This document shows, one piece after another, positions 8,194-17,413 of a DNA stretch of 20,000 bases. Made by a program: the position numbers and the translations under genes. This DNA comes from an uncultured virus (IMG/VR IMGVR_UViG_3300024343_000011) (taxonomy: Duplodnaviria; Heunggongvirae; Uroviricota; Caudoviricetes; Crassvirales): the IMG/VR virus record IMGVR_UViG_3300024343_000011, one strand, 5' to 3'. The stretch's first letter is position 1; the number at the start of each line of letters is the position of its first letter. The notes beneath the pieces are model-generated. The model was not told where the DNA came from and did not search any database. It was given only the letters and a program-made list of their open reading frames with translations.

Positions 8194-10049
8194 TATGAAA
8201 CCTCGCAGGCACCGCCAGCGCAAGCAGCTTGGTCCATTAGGCTCGTCTTGTCGCTAATCTCTACAATTTTTGCGACATCCAAAGCGTTAAGATTTGTAAC
8301 GAGTTGATCGTACTTCTCCTTTGTAATGGTCTCGAACGGAGTTTGAACGTACGTTCCAAGGTCCTTTGGCAAGAAAGATAGTCCGTTGAAGAACTGCTTG
8401 TTCTTCCACAACCACTCTCCAACTGCCGGCCACTCTGACTGACCCATGCTCACCGTAGCGCTCACGTTGTGTGTGTTATCTCCACGCACGTGTCCCGGTG
8501 TGATCCAGTACTCGTGGAAGTACTTTACACGCTCCAAGAACTGAATAGCGTTCTCGTCATTTCTAGTGATGGCGCCAACCGGTGCAGACTGCGGAACAGA
8601 CACGACAGCTTGCTGCTGTGGCTTGAACACATCGTCCTCCAACATCTCTGGGTGGTAGATCGACAGGTACGTGTACATCGCCTCATTCTTTCCAATACGC
8701 ATCCTGCGGACATAATACTCGTCGTGCCATGCATGGATACCAGACGAAGTCCCCAAGACCAAGGAAGAGGTCCCAGATGGCTTCACGCATGTGATGCGAG
8801 CTGCCGGATTGATTCCGATCATCTCAGACACAGACACGTTTGCGTATATCGCTTGGTTAACGGCCAGCTGAAGGTTCATCTTCATCACCGGACCGCTAGC
8901 GATCCCGGTCATGCCGATTCCCAACAATGCCTCTCGCTCTGTGGTCTCTTTCCAGATCGGACGCAGGTAATGGAAGTCAGTGTAGCTTGCCTGCATGGTT
9001 CCAATAACAGAGGCCCAGTACACGCGATCGTTCAAGTCGTCCTGGTCCTTGATGTCAGAGGCATTCACCTCTACCAAGTTACAGAACTGGAATGGGTTCA
9101 ACGCAATCTCAGCGCAGGGGTTGGTGCCCATGGTCTCGTTATCGCTGAAGTAAAAACCGGGCTCACCAGAATTGCTCAACTCAATTTTTTTCCATAGACC
9201 AAGGAACTCCTCCTTAGATACACTATCACGCTTTAGGATAGCAGAGTTGTTGGCACGTGCACGCTGTGGGTTCAGTTCCCACCAGTTGCCGAACTTAGAC
9301 GTGAGCATTTCCTCGTCGTCAAGATCAAACAATGAAATCATCGCGCTGCGTCTGATACCGCCGCTTAATACCGCATCTGCGATAAAGCACATGATGTCGT
9401 GACACTCTACAGATGTAAGCCTTTCTCCGTCAGACTTGCGGTCTAATACTGACTGGATGTGCATCAAGCAGATCTTCAATGGCTCCGGTCCCGGGGCAAC
9501 ACCACCAGATGTGATAAGCCTTTCTCCCTTTGCTCTGATCGCACGGAAGTCGAAGCTAGGTACTGTGGCGCTAAGGCCCAAGTATCCTTTCATCAAAACC
9601 TTTACGGCGTCTGCCCAACCCTCGATAGAGTCACCGATCAAGTACCTACGAGTCTTGGTTCCCTTGGCAATTGCTGGAAGCTTCTCAATGTTAAATGACT
9701 GCACCGAGTATCCAACACCAGTACCACAAAGAAGCAAGAACATGGTCTCAGAGAACGCACGGTAATCGTCAACCGACAAGTAAGAGCAGTTGAACAAGCG
9801 AGTGTTGTTTACCTCGATTGGCTTTCCACCAAACTGAAGCGATCGCATAGACGGGAGGATCTTCTTGGCATACACCAACTCATAAGCTCTCTCGATCAAA
9901 GCGGTCATCTGAGGGAACTTCCTCAAGTGCATTTCCTTGTTGCGTGTAACAAGCTCGGTCCATGTCTCTCTTCTGTTCAACTCAGGTACGAAGCGGGCAT
10001 ACTTAGACCATACTACTAAATCCGATAAAATCTCTTTCTCTAGTTCCAT
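8193..10049 (-). CDS. nrdJ: Class II (adenosylcobalamin-dependent) ribonucleotide reductase, monomeric RTPR type
   Basis: 618 aa with PSMRSL, FNCS, GGIRRSA, the catalytic TNPCAEI, TCVKPSGT and a C-terminal redox pair ACAGGACEV. No small-subunit gene is adjacent. Confidence 0.92.
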   Translation of the reverse strand: MELEKEILSDLVVWSKYARFVPELNRRETWTELVTRNKEMHLRKFPQMTALIERAYELVYAKKILPSMRSLQFGGKPIEVNNTRLFNCSYLSVDDYRAFSETMFLLLCGTGVGYSVQSFNIEKLPAIAKGTKTRRYLIGDSIEGWADAVKVLMKGYLGLSATVPSFDFRAIRAKGERLITSGGVAPGPEPLKICLMHIQSVLDRKSDGERLTSVECHDIMCFIADAVLSGGIRRSAMISLFDLDDEEMLTSKFGNWWELNPQRARANNSAILKRDSVSKEEFLGLWKKIELSNSGEPGFYFSDNETMGTNPCAEIALNPFQFCNLVEVNASDIKDQDDLNDRVYWASVIGTMQASYTDFHYLRPIWKETTEREALLGIGMTGIASGPVMKMNLQLAVNQAIYANVSVSEMIGINPAARITCVKPSGTSSLVLGTSSGIHAWHDEYYVRRMRIGKNEAMYTYLSIYHPEMLEDDVFKPQQQAVVSVPQSAPVGAITRNDENAIQFLERVKYFHEYWITPGHVRGDNTHNVSATVSMGQSEWPAVGEWLWKNKQFFNGLSFLPKDLGTYVQTPFETITKEKYDQLVTNLNALDVAKIVEISDKTSLMDQAACAGGACEVS

Positions 10050-10052
10050 ACC

Positions 10053-10433
10053 TTAAAACGCTTTACCATGCTTATAACCCCTTGTTGAATTGTAGGCCAT
10101 CTTAAGTTGAATGTGATTCTGAAGGTCAATATCAAGACCGCCACATAAATCAAATAGACGTATACAAACGTCTGCCAACTCGTCCTCGAAGCTAGACTTA
10201 ATATTATTTCTAAAAATTTCTGCATATTCTTCTTTTGTGCCACCTCTTGCAAAGAAGTCGTCAGACAAGAGGGCGACTGCTGCCTTGTCTGCGTAATGAT
10301 TTTTCCTCAAGGCCTCTAGTGCCTCCGCTGCCTCAGATACGATCAACATCAACATCTCTGGTTTGTTGCGCTCTGTGTCCCAAAACCCGTTGGCTTTGGC
10401 TGTTCCGTGTGCTTGTGATATTAGCTTTTTCAT
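10053..10433 (-). CDS. MazG-like nucleoside triphosphate pyrophosphohydrolase
   Basis: Motifs LIVSEAAEALEA, EDELADVCIR and KMAYN..R.YKHGK match the all-alpha NTP-PPase fold. Confidence 0.85.
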   Translation of the reverse strand: MKKLISQAHGTAKANGFWDTERNKPEMLMLIVSEAAEALEALRKNHYADKAAVALLSDDFFARGGTKEEYAEIFRNNIKSSFEDELADVCIRLFDLCGGLDIDLQNHIQLKMAYNSTRGYKHGKAF

Positions 10434-10690
10434 AATAGTTCTTTAAATTTTTCCATTGAGTCGCAGACCAAGGCCTCGACTCCTATCTCTTTTAATTCTT
10501 TAATTCGATACTCTTGCAGTGGCCGGGCCTTACCTCCCTCTCTCTTGACCTCAACAAAGACAGTTCTCCCTTCCCGATACATGTACAGATCGGGGATCCC
10601 TGGTTTATTAGTGCTCAAAAGTTTTAGGACGTACCACCCGTTTTCCTCAGCAAGCTTGATCATCTTTGATTGCAGCTTAGATTCTAACAT
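10430..10690 (-). CDS. VRR-NUC domain PD-(D/E)XK endonuclease
   Basis: MLESKLQ...GIPDL...FVEVKREGG..RPLQ. The start is re-placed at ATG 10690, just after the helicase stop and a promoter box. Confidence 0.85.
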   Translation of the reverse strand: MLESKLQSKMIKLAEENGWYVLKLLSTNKPGIPDLYMYREGRTVFVEVKREGGKARPLQEYRIKELKEIGVEALVCDSMEKFKELL

Positions 10691-10694
10691 GGGA

Positions 10695-11948
10695 CTACAA
10701 AGATAATAAATCCTTCTTGAAATGCGATACCGTGTAAGGTTTTTTTCCTTGAACAACCTTATAAATTTTCTCCTCGATACCACCCTCGGCAAAGACCCAG
10801 TACACGTTATTCTCTAGCCTGTCCATCGTAGTTAGGCGATCCCGGCTCTGCCAGTAAGACGTAGCAGAGAAGTCAATGTTGTAGTAGACCAAGTAGTCGG
10901 CCTGCATCAAAGAGATTCCCTCACGCCCCGTAACAATTTGTATAGCAAAATTGTTACACTCACCTGCATGAAATTTTCCTAAATCGGTGGTCATATCTTC
11001 TTGAAAGACAGACAACAAGCTTTCTAGCTCTGCCTGGAACTTGTAGAATACCGCTATGCGTTTTCCTGCAAAGTGCTCCTTTATGAACTCAGACTTCGTG
11101 TTGTCAAACACTAGCCTGTTCCCTGACTCAAGGATGACAGTCCCGCTGTAGATCTGGTGCAGCTTCTGCATCAGCTTTACCGGAGTGTCGGCAAGTATCA
11201 CGTCGCTCTTGCCCTCGAAGACCAGGTCCTTCTTCAGCTTGTCTGCGATCTTGTAGGTGGTCTCGCTCATCTTGACCATGAGAACGTGCTCGTTTACCTT
11301 GGATGTAAATCCGGCCTCGTCCTGCGTGTAGCTGATCATGTAAGGCTGTACCGCCGGCATGATGCTCTCCTTGATGCCGTTCGAGTAGTCGTGGACCCTG
11401 AATCCGTTGATCATCCGCTCCCAGATCTTTACGTAGATGTGAGCCCACTTGTAGAAGGTCGGCTCATAGAACGGAGACCTTGACCCGAGCACCCACATCT
11501 GATGGTACATCTGTGAGTATGACTCCGGCGACGGCGTTCCCGACAGAAAGATGACATATGGGTTGTGCTTGTGCACCAGATCCCTTGCAACCTTGGCCCT
11601 GTTAGACGGTTTGGGAAATGCTCCCATGCTGTGAGCCTCGTCGAATACAATGGCATCTATCTTGGACATGTCGACCTTGTGCAGGCTCTCGTAGTTTACA
11701 AACGTGCAATTGTAGCTAGGGGCCAGAGCCTTGTAGTCCTTCTGGATTCCGGATATCGCCTTCTTCTTGGTTACAAATACCATTTCGTTGACGTCACCAA
11801 TATGATCAAGAGCAGACAAGGCCGTCAAGGTCTTGCCTGTCCTAACTTCCATGGAAAGATATGCAAAACGAGGGGCTCCCCTCAATAATTCACAAGTTTT
11901 TTCCACTATAACCTGCTGATATGGTCTTAATGTGATATTTTTTTCCAT
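10695..11948 (-). CDS. SNF2-like superfamily 2 DNA helicase
   Basis: Q motif LRPYQ, Walker A-like MEVRTGKT, Walker B DEAH, motif III SGTP, and GISL and QSRDR motifs. Confidence 0.88.
   Translation of the reverse strand: MEKNITLRPYQQVIVEKTCELLRGAPRFAYLSMEVRTGKTLTALSALDHIGDVNEMVFVTKKKAISGIQKDYKALAPSYNCTFVNYESLHKVDMSKIDAIVFDEAHSMGAFPKPSNRAKVARDLVHKHNPYVIFLSGTPSPESYSQMYHQMWVLGSRSPFYEPTFYKWAHIYVKIWERMINGFRVHDYSNGIKESIMPAVQPYMISYTQDEAGFTSKVNEHVLMVKMSETTYKIADKLKKDLVFEGKSDVILADTPVKLMQKLHQIYSGTVILESGNRLVFDNTKSEFIKEHFAGKRIAVFYKFQAELESLLSVFQEDMTTDLGKFHAGECNNFAIQIVTGREGISLMQADYLVYYNIDFSATSYWQSRDRLTTMDRLENNVYWVFAEGGIEEKIYKVVQGKKPYTVSHFKKDLLSL
10698..10705 (-). promoter_or_regulatory. Bacteroidota-type -7 promoter box (TATCTTTG), probably giving a near-leaderless transcript
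   Basis: Minus strand reads TATCTTTG-TAGTCCC-ATG. Confidence 0.55.
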
Positions 11949-14362
11949 TAGAATTCAAATTCAGATTGCTCAGGCTCCTTCTTTACAAACTTGATCCATC
12001 GCCCAGAACCATCACGTCCCTGCTCTACGGTCTCTCCTGTGTAGAACATACCGAACGACTCGAGCCACTTGTAGAACTTGTTCAACGATATCGATGTCTT
12101 TCCTCTCTGACCAAAGTCAGGGTTGTCCAGCACGAAGTCCTTGTACACGTCCTCCTTGTAGATCTTAGAGTTTGTTCTTAGGTACCTGTTCTCGCTGTCT
12201 GTCATCCACTCCCAGAAGCTGTGGTCCGTCTCTGCGATAAACTTACGTGTCTTAAGATTCTTAAAGTCAGACTTAATAAATCCAAAGCACAGGTAGTTCT
12301 TTAAGTTGTTGACCATGTAGTTGTCAAACTTGCACCAGTCGTCATCGTTCCAGTCCTCGAACAACAAACGGCCAAACTCTACGTGTGGCGTGAAGTCCTT
12401 GTTGTAGTACTGCTTGAACTCTAGCTCCCACTTGCGTCGCTCGAATGAGTTACCCTTTCCCTTGATCGCGTAGTTGGTCGTGATAACAACCTTCGGCGAC
12501 TTGTGGAACGGTATCTTGATGGCGTCCTTGTTCTTCTTCTCAAGAGTGATACCCTCGGTAACGATAGAGAATAACCTCTCGAAGTCAAAGTTCCTTCTCA
12601 CGTCATCAAATACGATGATCTGTGTGTCCGTTGACACGGTCTGGTAGGCGAAGCTCCTCTCGAAGTTAAAACTCTTTCCGTCGATCACCGACGACTTCTT
12701 CATCCTAGAGATGGCGTTCATGAATAGCCCCTTACCCGTACCACCCTCTGGGTTGTCGGTGATGACCTCGTCATTGATAATAACCGCAGGGCAGTACCCA
12801 TGGTTCTTGTAGCTGTGCAGCAAGAAACCAACCGTACTCTCTACCGATCTGACACGGTCCCTCTCTCCTCCAGATATGTTAGAGATGAATGTCTTGAAGT
12901 CGCAGTCATGCGAGTCGCATATCTCAAAGTCCCTGTCAATTACCTGATCCTTCCACACGTAACCACCAAGGTCGATGTAGTCGATCATAACGATCTCGTT
13001 GCAGTTGGCCTTGACGGCGCAGTTCCTGTAGTACAGGTATGCATCGTCCTTGTCGTCCTCTACAAAGTACACGTCGACAGGAGACAGCAGAGACAGAAAG
13101 TCTTCCTTGAAGTATCTGGTCTTGTCTGCAAAGTGATTGTAGATGGACAGGTCCTCCATCTTGAATAGATACTCTAGAACAAAGTCCTTGATCTCATCTT
13201 CAGATGCATTAGAAATAAGGTTATTCGTAACCTTAACAAAAATATAGTTTTTTGTGCCCTCCGGCGAATACTTAAAGTAACCATTGTCTTCTAGAAATTC
13301 TTTTAATAAATAATGTACAACACTGACCGCGCCCTTCGATGACTTGGTCCAAAAATCTTTGCTTGATGAGTCCTCCTCTATCTTTACCATTACGGCGTCA
13401 GATACACCGTCACTCAGCCCGGAATCTCTAAGCTGTTGACGGATCTCCTTTTTTGGCACGCCCTTCTTGATCTGCCTTCTCACGCTGTCGATCGCGTCCC
13501 GGTCCTCGAAGAACTTGGTATTGAAGTTCTGCTCCTTTCGGTAAGCGCTGTCGATTGTGGTCTTGATCTCAGATAGCGGGAAGTCATCGTGTGCAAACTC
13601 TCCGAGCACGTAGCTCGCTAGCTCCTTGTTGATGCCAAAGTCATTGAATGCGGCAGCTAGGATGTACACGTTTGCGTTTCTCTCTCCGACCACGATCCCG
13701 TACTGGCGCTCCCACCAAAGGCGTAGCCTGCGTACAATTTCGTTCTGGTCCGTAAGAGTGATAGTGCGCTCGTTGTCAGGCCTCTTGATCTGCTCGAACT
13801 CTTCCTCCGATACCTTGTCCCATTCCTTTGACTCTGGGTTATGGAATATCAATGGGTCGTAAGACTCGTAGCAGACACGGGAGATGTTCTTCGATGTCTT
13901 GTCAAACTGCTCGCAGTTGTAGTACTTCTCGAGTGACTTGAAGTATGACTTGTGCTTGTCCTCGTCTGCCGGTATCTTGACCAGCAACTTGAGGCCATCG
14001 CCAGATGGTGAGATAAACACTGACAGGGTGTACTTGTCCTTAGTGAACTCCTCCTTCTTGGCAAGCATGTCCGCCTTCTTTGAAAAGCCATCGAAGTCTA
14101 GGCAGATCACGCCAGAGTGAGATACTAGTGCAGAGTCTTCTCTGCGTGTGAACTCACCGGAGAAGCAGATAGCCGGTAGCTCCTTCTTTATCTGGTTTCG
14201 TTTCTCCTTGTCCTTCTCCTCTCTGATCCGCTTGACGATGTCCTTGGACTTGCCCTCCTTGATCCTGTGAATGATGTAGTCGACCGACCTGTAGAATGGC
14301 GCCGACGTGTCCTTGATGCTCTTGAATATTGTTATGTTTCCCATTGGATTTGATTTGTTCAT
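11948..14362 (-). CDS. Primase-helicase (BT4734/VirE-N AEP-like N-terminus, PriCT-like middle, P-loop NTPase C-terminus)
   Basis: KKELPAICFSGEF, CLDFD, FISPSGDGLK; GERNANVY; Walker A GGTGKG, FDD, ITTN. The start is placed at ATG 14362, which forms an ATGA overlap with the upstream gene; 14344 is an alternative. Confidence 0.85.
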   Translation of the reverse strand: MNKSNPMGNITIFKSIKDTSAPFYRSVDYIIHRIKEGKSKDIVKRIREEKDKEKRNQIKKELPAICFSGEFTRREDSALVSHSGVICLDFDGFSKKADMLAKKEEFTKDKYTLSVFISPSGDGLKLLVKIPADEDKHKSYFKSLEKYYNCEQFDKTSKNISRVCYESYDPLIFHNPESKEWDKVSEEEFEQIKRPDNERTITLTDQNEIVRRLRLWWERQYGIVVGERNANVYILAAAFNDFGINKELASYVLGEFAHDDFPLSEIKTTIDSAYRKEQNFNTKFFEDRDAIDSVRRQIKKGVPKKEIRQQLRDSGLSDGVSDAVMVKIEEDSSSKDFWTKSSKGAVSVVHYLLKEFLEDNGYFKYSPEGTKNYIFVKVTNNLISNASEDEIKDFVLEYLFKMEDLSIYNHFADKTRYFKEDFLSLLSPVDVYFVEDDKDDAYLYYRNCAVKANCNEIVMIDYIDLGGYVWKDQVIDRDFEICDSHDCDFKTFISNISGGERDRVRSVESTVGFLLHSYKNHGYCPAVIINDEVITDNPEGGTGKGLFMNAISRMKKSSVIDGKSFNFERSFAYQTVSTDTQIIVFDDVRRNFDFERLFSIVTEGITLEKKNKDAIKIPFHKSPKVVITTNYAIKGKGNSFERRKWELEFKQYYNKDFTPHVEFGRLLFEDWNDDDWCKFDNYMVNNLKNYLCFGFIKSDFKNLKTRKFIAETDHSFWEWMTDSENRYLRTNSKIYKEDVYKDFVLDNPDFGQRGKTSISLNKFYKWLESFGMFYTGETVEQGRDGSGRWIKFVKKEPEQSEFEF

Positions 14363-14562
14363 TTGTATGCGGAACCATTTATCATGTCTTGCAACACGTC
14401 CATGATGTCCTGCTGTGTCTGGCCCCAGTACATGCTGCACTTGCCGTCTATGATCGGGGACTCGGTAAAGTATGACTGATACTCAGTCGCTGGGTCTGTG
14501 AACCTGTGGCATGTCTCCTTCATGGGACATCCCTCTCCCTTGCATTTGGTTATGTCGCTCAT
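14359..14562 (-). CDS. Small Cys-containing hypothetical phage protein
   Basis: 67 aa, MSDITKC.G.GCP.KETC.RF...C. ATGA overlaps on both sides. Confidence 0.75.
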   Translation of the reverse strand: MSDITKCKGEGCPMKETCHRFTDPATEYQSYFTESPIIDGKCSMYWGQTQQDIMDVLQDMINGSAYK

Positions 14563-14924
14563 AAGTTATCGATCTCTTGTCTTACTCTGTGAAGGTACTC
14601 ATACATTTCGTCGGCTTGCTTTCCAGTGAACGTGAATGCCACACCGAGCATGCTCTGAATTTCTTTGGTTGCGAACAGCTTTGCGGTAGGCCACTCAATA
14701 CGTGAGTCGTCGCTAATCTTAAAGCTCCTGTTCTTCATGTAATACTCGACCATCTCCTTGGCCTTAATTTTTGCTTCTATCATAAATTTAATTGCTTCTT
14801 GTATTGTGTCAAACTCTTTTACCCTCTCCATGTTCACGTAAACTCTTATTTTCCTATTGTCATTTACTGTCGCTCTTACGATTTGAGTGTTCGAAGGTAT
14901 GGTTTTTGTGTCGATTTTTTGCAT
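14559..14924 (-). CDS. Hypothetical protein (start uncertain)
   Basis: The C-terminal 74 aa from ATG 14783 (MIEAKIKAKEMV...YLHRVRQEIDNL) resemble a common small phage family. Candidate starts are 14924, 14831 and 14783. The listed 14996 start runs through the iteron repeats. Confidence 0.55.
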   Translation of the reverse strand: MQKIDTKTIPSNTQIVRATVNDNRKIRVYVNMERVKEFDTIQEAIKFMIEAKIKAKEMVEYYMKNRSFKISDDSRIEWPTAKLFATKEIQSMLGVAFTFTGKQADEMYEYLHRVRQEIDNL

Positions 14925-15124
14925 TTTGTGTCGATTTTTTGGGGTTTGTGTCGACTTAGTGTCGATTTTAAAATGAACCGACACAACCAAACTCATTGAA
15001 TTTCTTCTACTTAGCTATTTTGTGTCGATTTTTACTATACTTATTAGTAATTTTAAAAAAATATATATAGAATACAATTTTATATATATAGAGTAGAGGA
15101 CCTAAAAACCGACACAACGACACA
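14903..15124. repeat. Probable replication origin: 8 (T)GTGTCG iterons and an AT-rich tract
   Basis: TGTGTCG at 14907, 14927, 14947 and 15021; GTGTCG at 14959; inverted CGACACA at 14979, 15110 and 15118. A tract of nearly pure A/T lies at about 15030-15090. Confidence 0.7.
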
Positions 15125-15149
15125 TGGGGCAGTCCCATGTGCCTGTGTC
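15111..15149 (-). terminator. Rho-independent terminator-like hairpin after the SSB gene
   Basis: 8-bp stem CACATGGG/CCCATGTG (15121-15141) inside outer arms GACACA/TGTGTC, followed by GGTTTTT on the minus strand. Confidence 0.55.
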
Positions 15150-15157
15150 TTGGTTTC

Positions 15158-15448
15158 TTAGAACGGTAACTCTTCGGATGGTGCGCTTGCCTTCTTGGGC
15201 TCATTAGAGGACTTCTCAGCCACTTTAATGCTTCCGTCGGTCCAAACTACCTTTCCGCCTCCGATGTAGGCCTTAGAAGCCTTCGCTTCGCGTTCCTCTT
15301 TTGTCTGCGACTCGTAGATGGAAGCGTTCTTGCCCCACTGGTTCGTTGCATCGTCTACAGAGATGGTTACGTCAAGGTACTTTCCGTCCTTGATTTTGCT
15401 TTTCGTGATCTTGCTCACGTCGATTGATAAACTGATTAGTGTACTCAT
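15158..15448 (-). CDS. Putative single-stranded DNA-binding protein
   Basis: 96 aa, beta-rich (ISLSIDVSKI, GKYLDVTI, YIGGGKVVW), with an acidic C-terminal tail EELPF. It sits next to the annealase and exonuclease genes. Confidence 0.7.
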   Translation of the reverse strand: MSTLISLSIDVSKITKSKIKDGKYLDVTISVDDATNQWGKNASIYESQTKEEREAKASKAYIGGGKVVWTDGSIKVAEKSSNEPKKASAPSEELPF

Positions 15449-16179
15449 AGTGTTTCTTTTGTGTAATACTGTGTGATGTCCTCCGTTTTATTTGGCCCGA
15501 AGAACTTGCGCCATACTTCTACTGCTCTTTGCACTTTCTCTTTTCCTCTGTCCAAGAACTCGTCAGAGCAGTCGAATAGTCCTGTCTTGTTGGTACCCTT
15601 CTCTACCGCGATAAAGATGACCGGCTTACCGAAGATCTGGTTGTAGATGTAGGCCTGCGAGTCGTAGTTGTACTTCCTTGCAGAGTACTTGAACTCCTCG
15701 ATGTTTGATGTGGTCTTGAGGTCGATGACATACTCAGATGAGATGATGTCGGCCTTCCCCTTCCAGATCTCGCCCATTACATTGGATATACCCGGCTGCT
15801 CGTACATGTTGCCGTCCTCGTAGATCATGTCGAAGAAGTCCATGCGGCCCTTGACAGACTCGACCATCGAGTCCAGCTCCTCTACCTCCTTGGAAAGAAG
15901 GATGATGTCTACACCCTGTGCCTCGCACATCTCTTTGTACTTGTTGGTATTTCGAGATGTCACGTCGCAGATCAGGAAGTCTACCATCTTCTGTGGCTCC
16001 AGCATTGCGGTGTGGAAGTAAGAACCCTGTACCATCGGTACAGTCTTCTCCTTGTCCTTGCCGTACGATGACGGGTCCTTCAGAAGTGTGCCGATGTCCG
16101 AGTTGGACAGGAAGGTCTTGCCGAAGTCCCCGTAATACTCAGAGTCGCTGTTCAGTCTTGTTAGGATTTCTTGGGTCAC
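15445..16179 (-). CDS. RecE/exonuclease VIII-like PD-(D/E)XK nuclease (DUF3799-like)
   Basis: LSNSDI, GSYFHTAMLEP, KGKADI, IDLKTT, YDSQAYIY and FIAVEK motifs. Confidence 0.85.
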   Translation of the reverse strand: MTQEILTRLNSDSEYYGDFGKTFLSNSDIGTLLKDPSSYGKDKEKTVPMVQGSYFHTAMLEPQKMVDFLICDVTSRNTNKYKEMCEAQGVDIILLSKEVEELDSMVESVKGRMDFFDMIYEDGNMYEQPGISNVMGEIWKGKADIISSEYVIDLKTTSNIEEFKYSARKYNYDSQAYIYNQIFGKPVIFIAVEKGTNKTGLFDCSDEFLDRGKEKVQRAVEVWRKFFGPNKTEDITQYYTKETL

Positions 16180-16760
16180 GATGCAACCTCCTTGTTAACC
16201 TCTGTCCTGATCACGTCCGTGATGTTGTACTTCTTGGACAACTGCTCAAGGATAAATTTCGATCCCTTCTTCTTGTTGGCGTTGACATAGTTCATCACCC
16301 TTACCCAGTTCTCGTCGCCCAACTCTAGTTCGATGATGATACCCTCTGCACTTGGTGTGGCCTTGGCCGCCTTCTCCTCGTCTGGCATGTCCTCTCCGGC
16401 GTAGACGTAAAGACCTAGCCCGTGTAGTCCGATCGCCTTAGTGGTAGATCTTTGGATCGCCTTGTTCACGTCAAATGATGTGACCCTCTCGATTGGAAGG
16501 GAAGCGTTCTTGGCGTCCATGATCGGTAGGTAATCGATGTGCTCCTGCCCGTCGATGGTGATACCAACCTTGACCCATGCCGTCTTTCCGTCTGTGTGGT
16601 AGTTGTTACCGGTCTCAGACTCGTACACCTTTCGTGTCATGTCTGGGCAGATCTTCATTGTCTCTTGCCATGCGTAGGCCCAAGACAGGTAACTTTGATT
16701 GCCCTTCTTCTCCGTCATCTTGTTGACGTTGATTGCATTTAATTCTTTAAACTTGCTCAT
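16176..16760 (-). CDS. Sak3/DUF1071-like single-strand annealing protein
   Basis: EKKG..SYLSWAYAW, LPIMD.KN, DVNKAIQRS.TKAI.LHGLGLYVYAGED motifs. Confidence 0.85.
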   Translation of the reverse strand: MSKFKELNAINVNKMTEKKGNQSYLSWAYAWQETMKICPDMTRKVYESETGNNYHTDGKTAWVKVGITIDGQEHIDYLPIMDAKNASLPIERVTSFDVNKAIQRSTTKAIGLHGLGLYVYAGEDMPDEEKAAKATPSAEGIIIELELGDENWVRVMNYVNANKKKGSKFILEQLSKKYNITDVIRTEVNKEVAS

Positions 16761-16968
16761 ATTTTTCTATTAATTTGTTTAAATACCATTGGGCCTTCTT
16801 GAGGTCCTCTATTTTATTCTTATTCTCATACCGCCAGATGTATTTTTGTGTGTTACCCTTAAGGTATCCACAGAACTGGTCTTTGCTCATTGATGCCTCT
16901 ATCGCTTGGATGCACTCGATACCCGATTGGTTATAGTGTGCCGGCTTCTCTACGTTGTCAAAACTCAT
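16747..16968 (-). CDS. DUF3310 family protein (SaV-like)
   Basis: DNVEKPAHY..SGIECI.AI...GN..KY.WRY..KN.IEDLKKA.WYL. The start is placed at ATG 16968. Confidence 0.85.
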   Translation of the reverse strand: MSFDNVEKPAHYNQSGIECIQAIEASMSKDQFCGYLKGNTQKYIWRYENKNKIEDLKKAQWYLNKLIEKYEQV

Positions 16969-16971
16969 ATG

Positions 16972-16979
16972 CAAATTTA
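16972..16979 (-). promoter_or_regulatory. Bacteroidota-type -7 promoter box (TAAATTTG)
   Basis: TAnnTTTG match in the short gap immediately upstream of the DUF3310-annealase-exonuclease-SSB run. Confidence 0.5.
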
Positions 16980-16983
16980 ACCA

Positions 16984-17283
16984 TTAGTTGTCTGATTTCC
17001 AAGGACTTTCTGATAATTTTAATCCCCAGTTCAGTGAAATCATTGCCATCTGAACATCGGCAGACTTGGCGTAAAGCCTCATGTACTTCATCAGATAGGC
17101 CTTTCCCCACTTGCGCCATTCAGCGTCCTGATCTGGGGTCATGGTCCAGTCTTGGAACCAGTTGTCTTTCCTGTCGACGATGTCATTAAATGTCACCTCG
17201 TGTCCGGCAATCTCAAACATCTTGTTGATCAGTGTCTCAAGTGCGATCTGCCATTTTTCTTCATAACTCAATCTTTTCACCAT
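16984..17283 (-). CDS. Hypothetical protein (Trp-rich)
   Basis: 99-aa ORF co-directional and tightly packed with its neighbours. Confidence 0.7.
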   Translation of the reverse strand: MVKRLSYEEKWQIALETLINKMFEIAGHEVTFNDIVDRKDNWFQDWTMTPDQDAEWRKWGKAYLMKYMRLYAKSADVQMAMISLNWGLKLSESPWKSDN

Positions 17284-17413
17284 ATTCTTGTATTGTTTCT
17301 ATTAGTTGATTCATTTTTACATTTATAAATACTATTATCTCCTCGCATAGTATCAGCGGTAAGCTCATTGCACCTAGCCCGAGGACCATTATGATCACGA
17401 ATGCCTTTCTCAT
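17261..17413 (-). CDS. Small putative membrane protein (50 aa), not in the ORF track
   Basis: Manual translation: MRKAFVIIMVLGLGAMSLPLILCEEIIVFINVKMNQLIETIQEYGEKIEL*. It has an ATGA overlap with the upstream stop and fills the gap exactly. Confidence 0.6.
   Translation of the reverse strand: MRKAFVIIMVLGLGAMSLPLILCEEIIVFINVKMNQLIETIQEYGEKIEL

Noticed and set aside
8469..9765. Plus-strand ORFs inside nrdJ
   Set aside because: Antisense shadows of a clearly conserved gene.
8193..10049. Intein or intron in nrdJ
   Set aside because: The ORF is compact and uninterrupted, with no splicing or homing-endonuclease motifs seen.
10691..10792. N-terminal extension of the VRR-NUC ORF (and likewise 14363-14440 of the primase and 17914-18006 of the glucosaminidase)
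   Set aside because: Each extension overlaps the upstream gene extensively, and internal ATGs fit the family N-termini or overlap patterns better.
15007..15204. 65-aa minus-strand ORF
   Set aside because: It runs through the terminator hairpin, the AT tract and the iterons, and overlaps the SSB gene; probably spurious.
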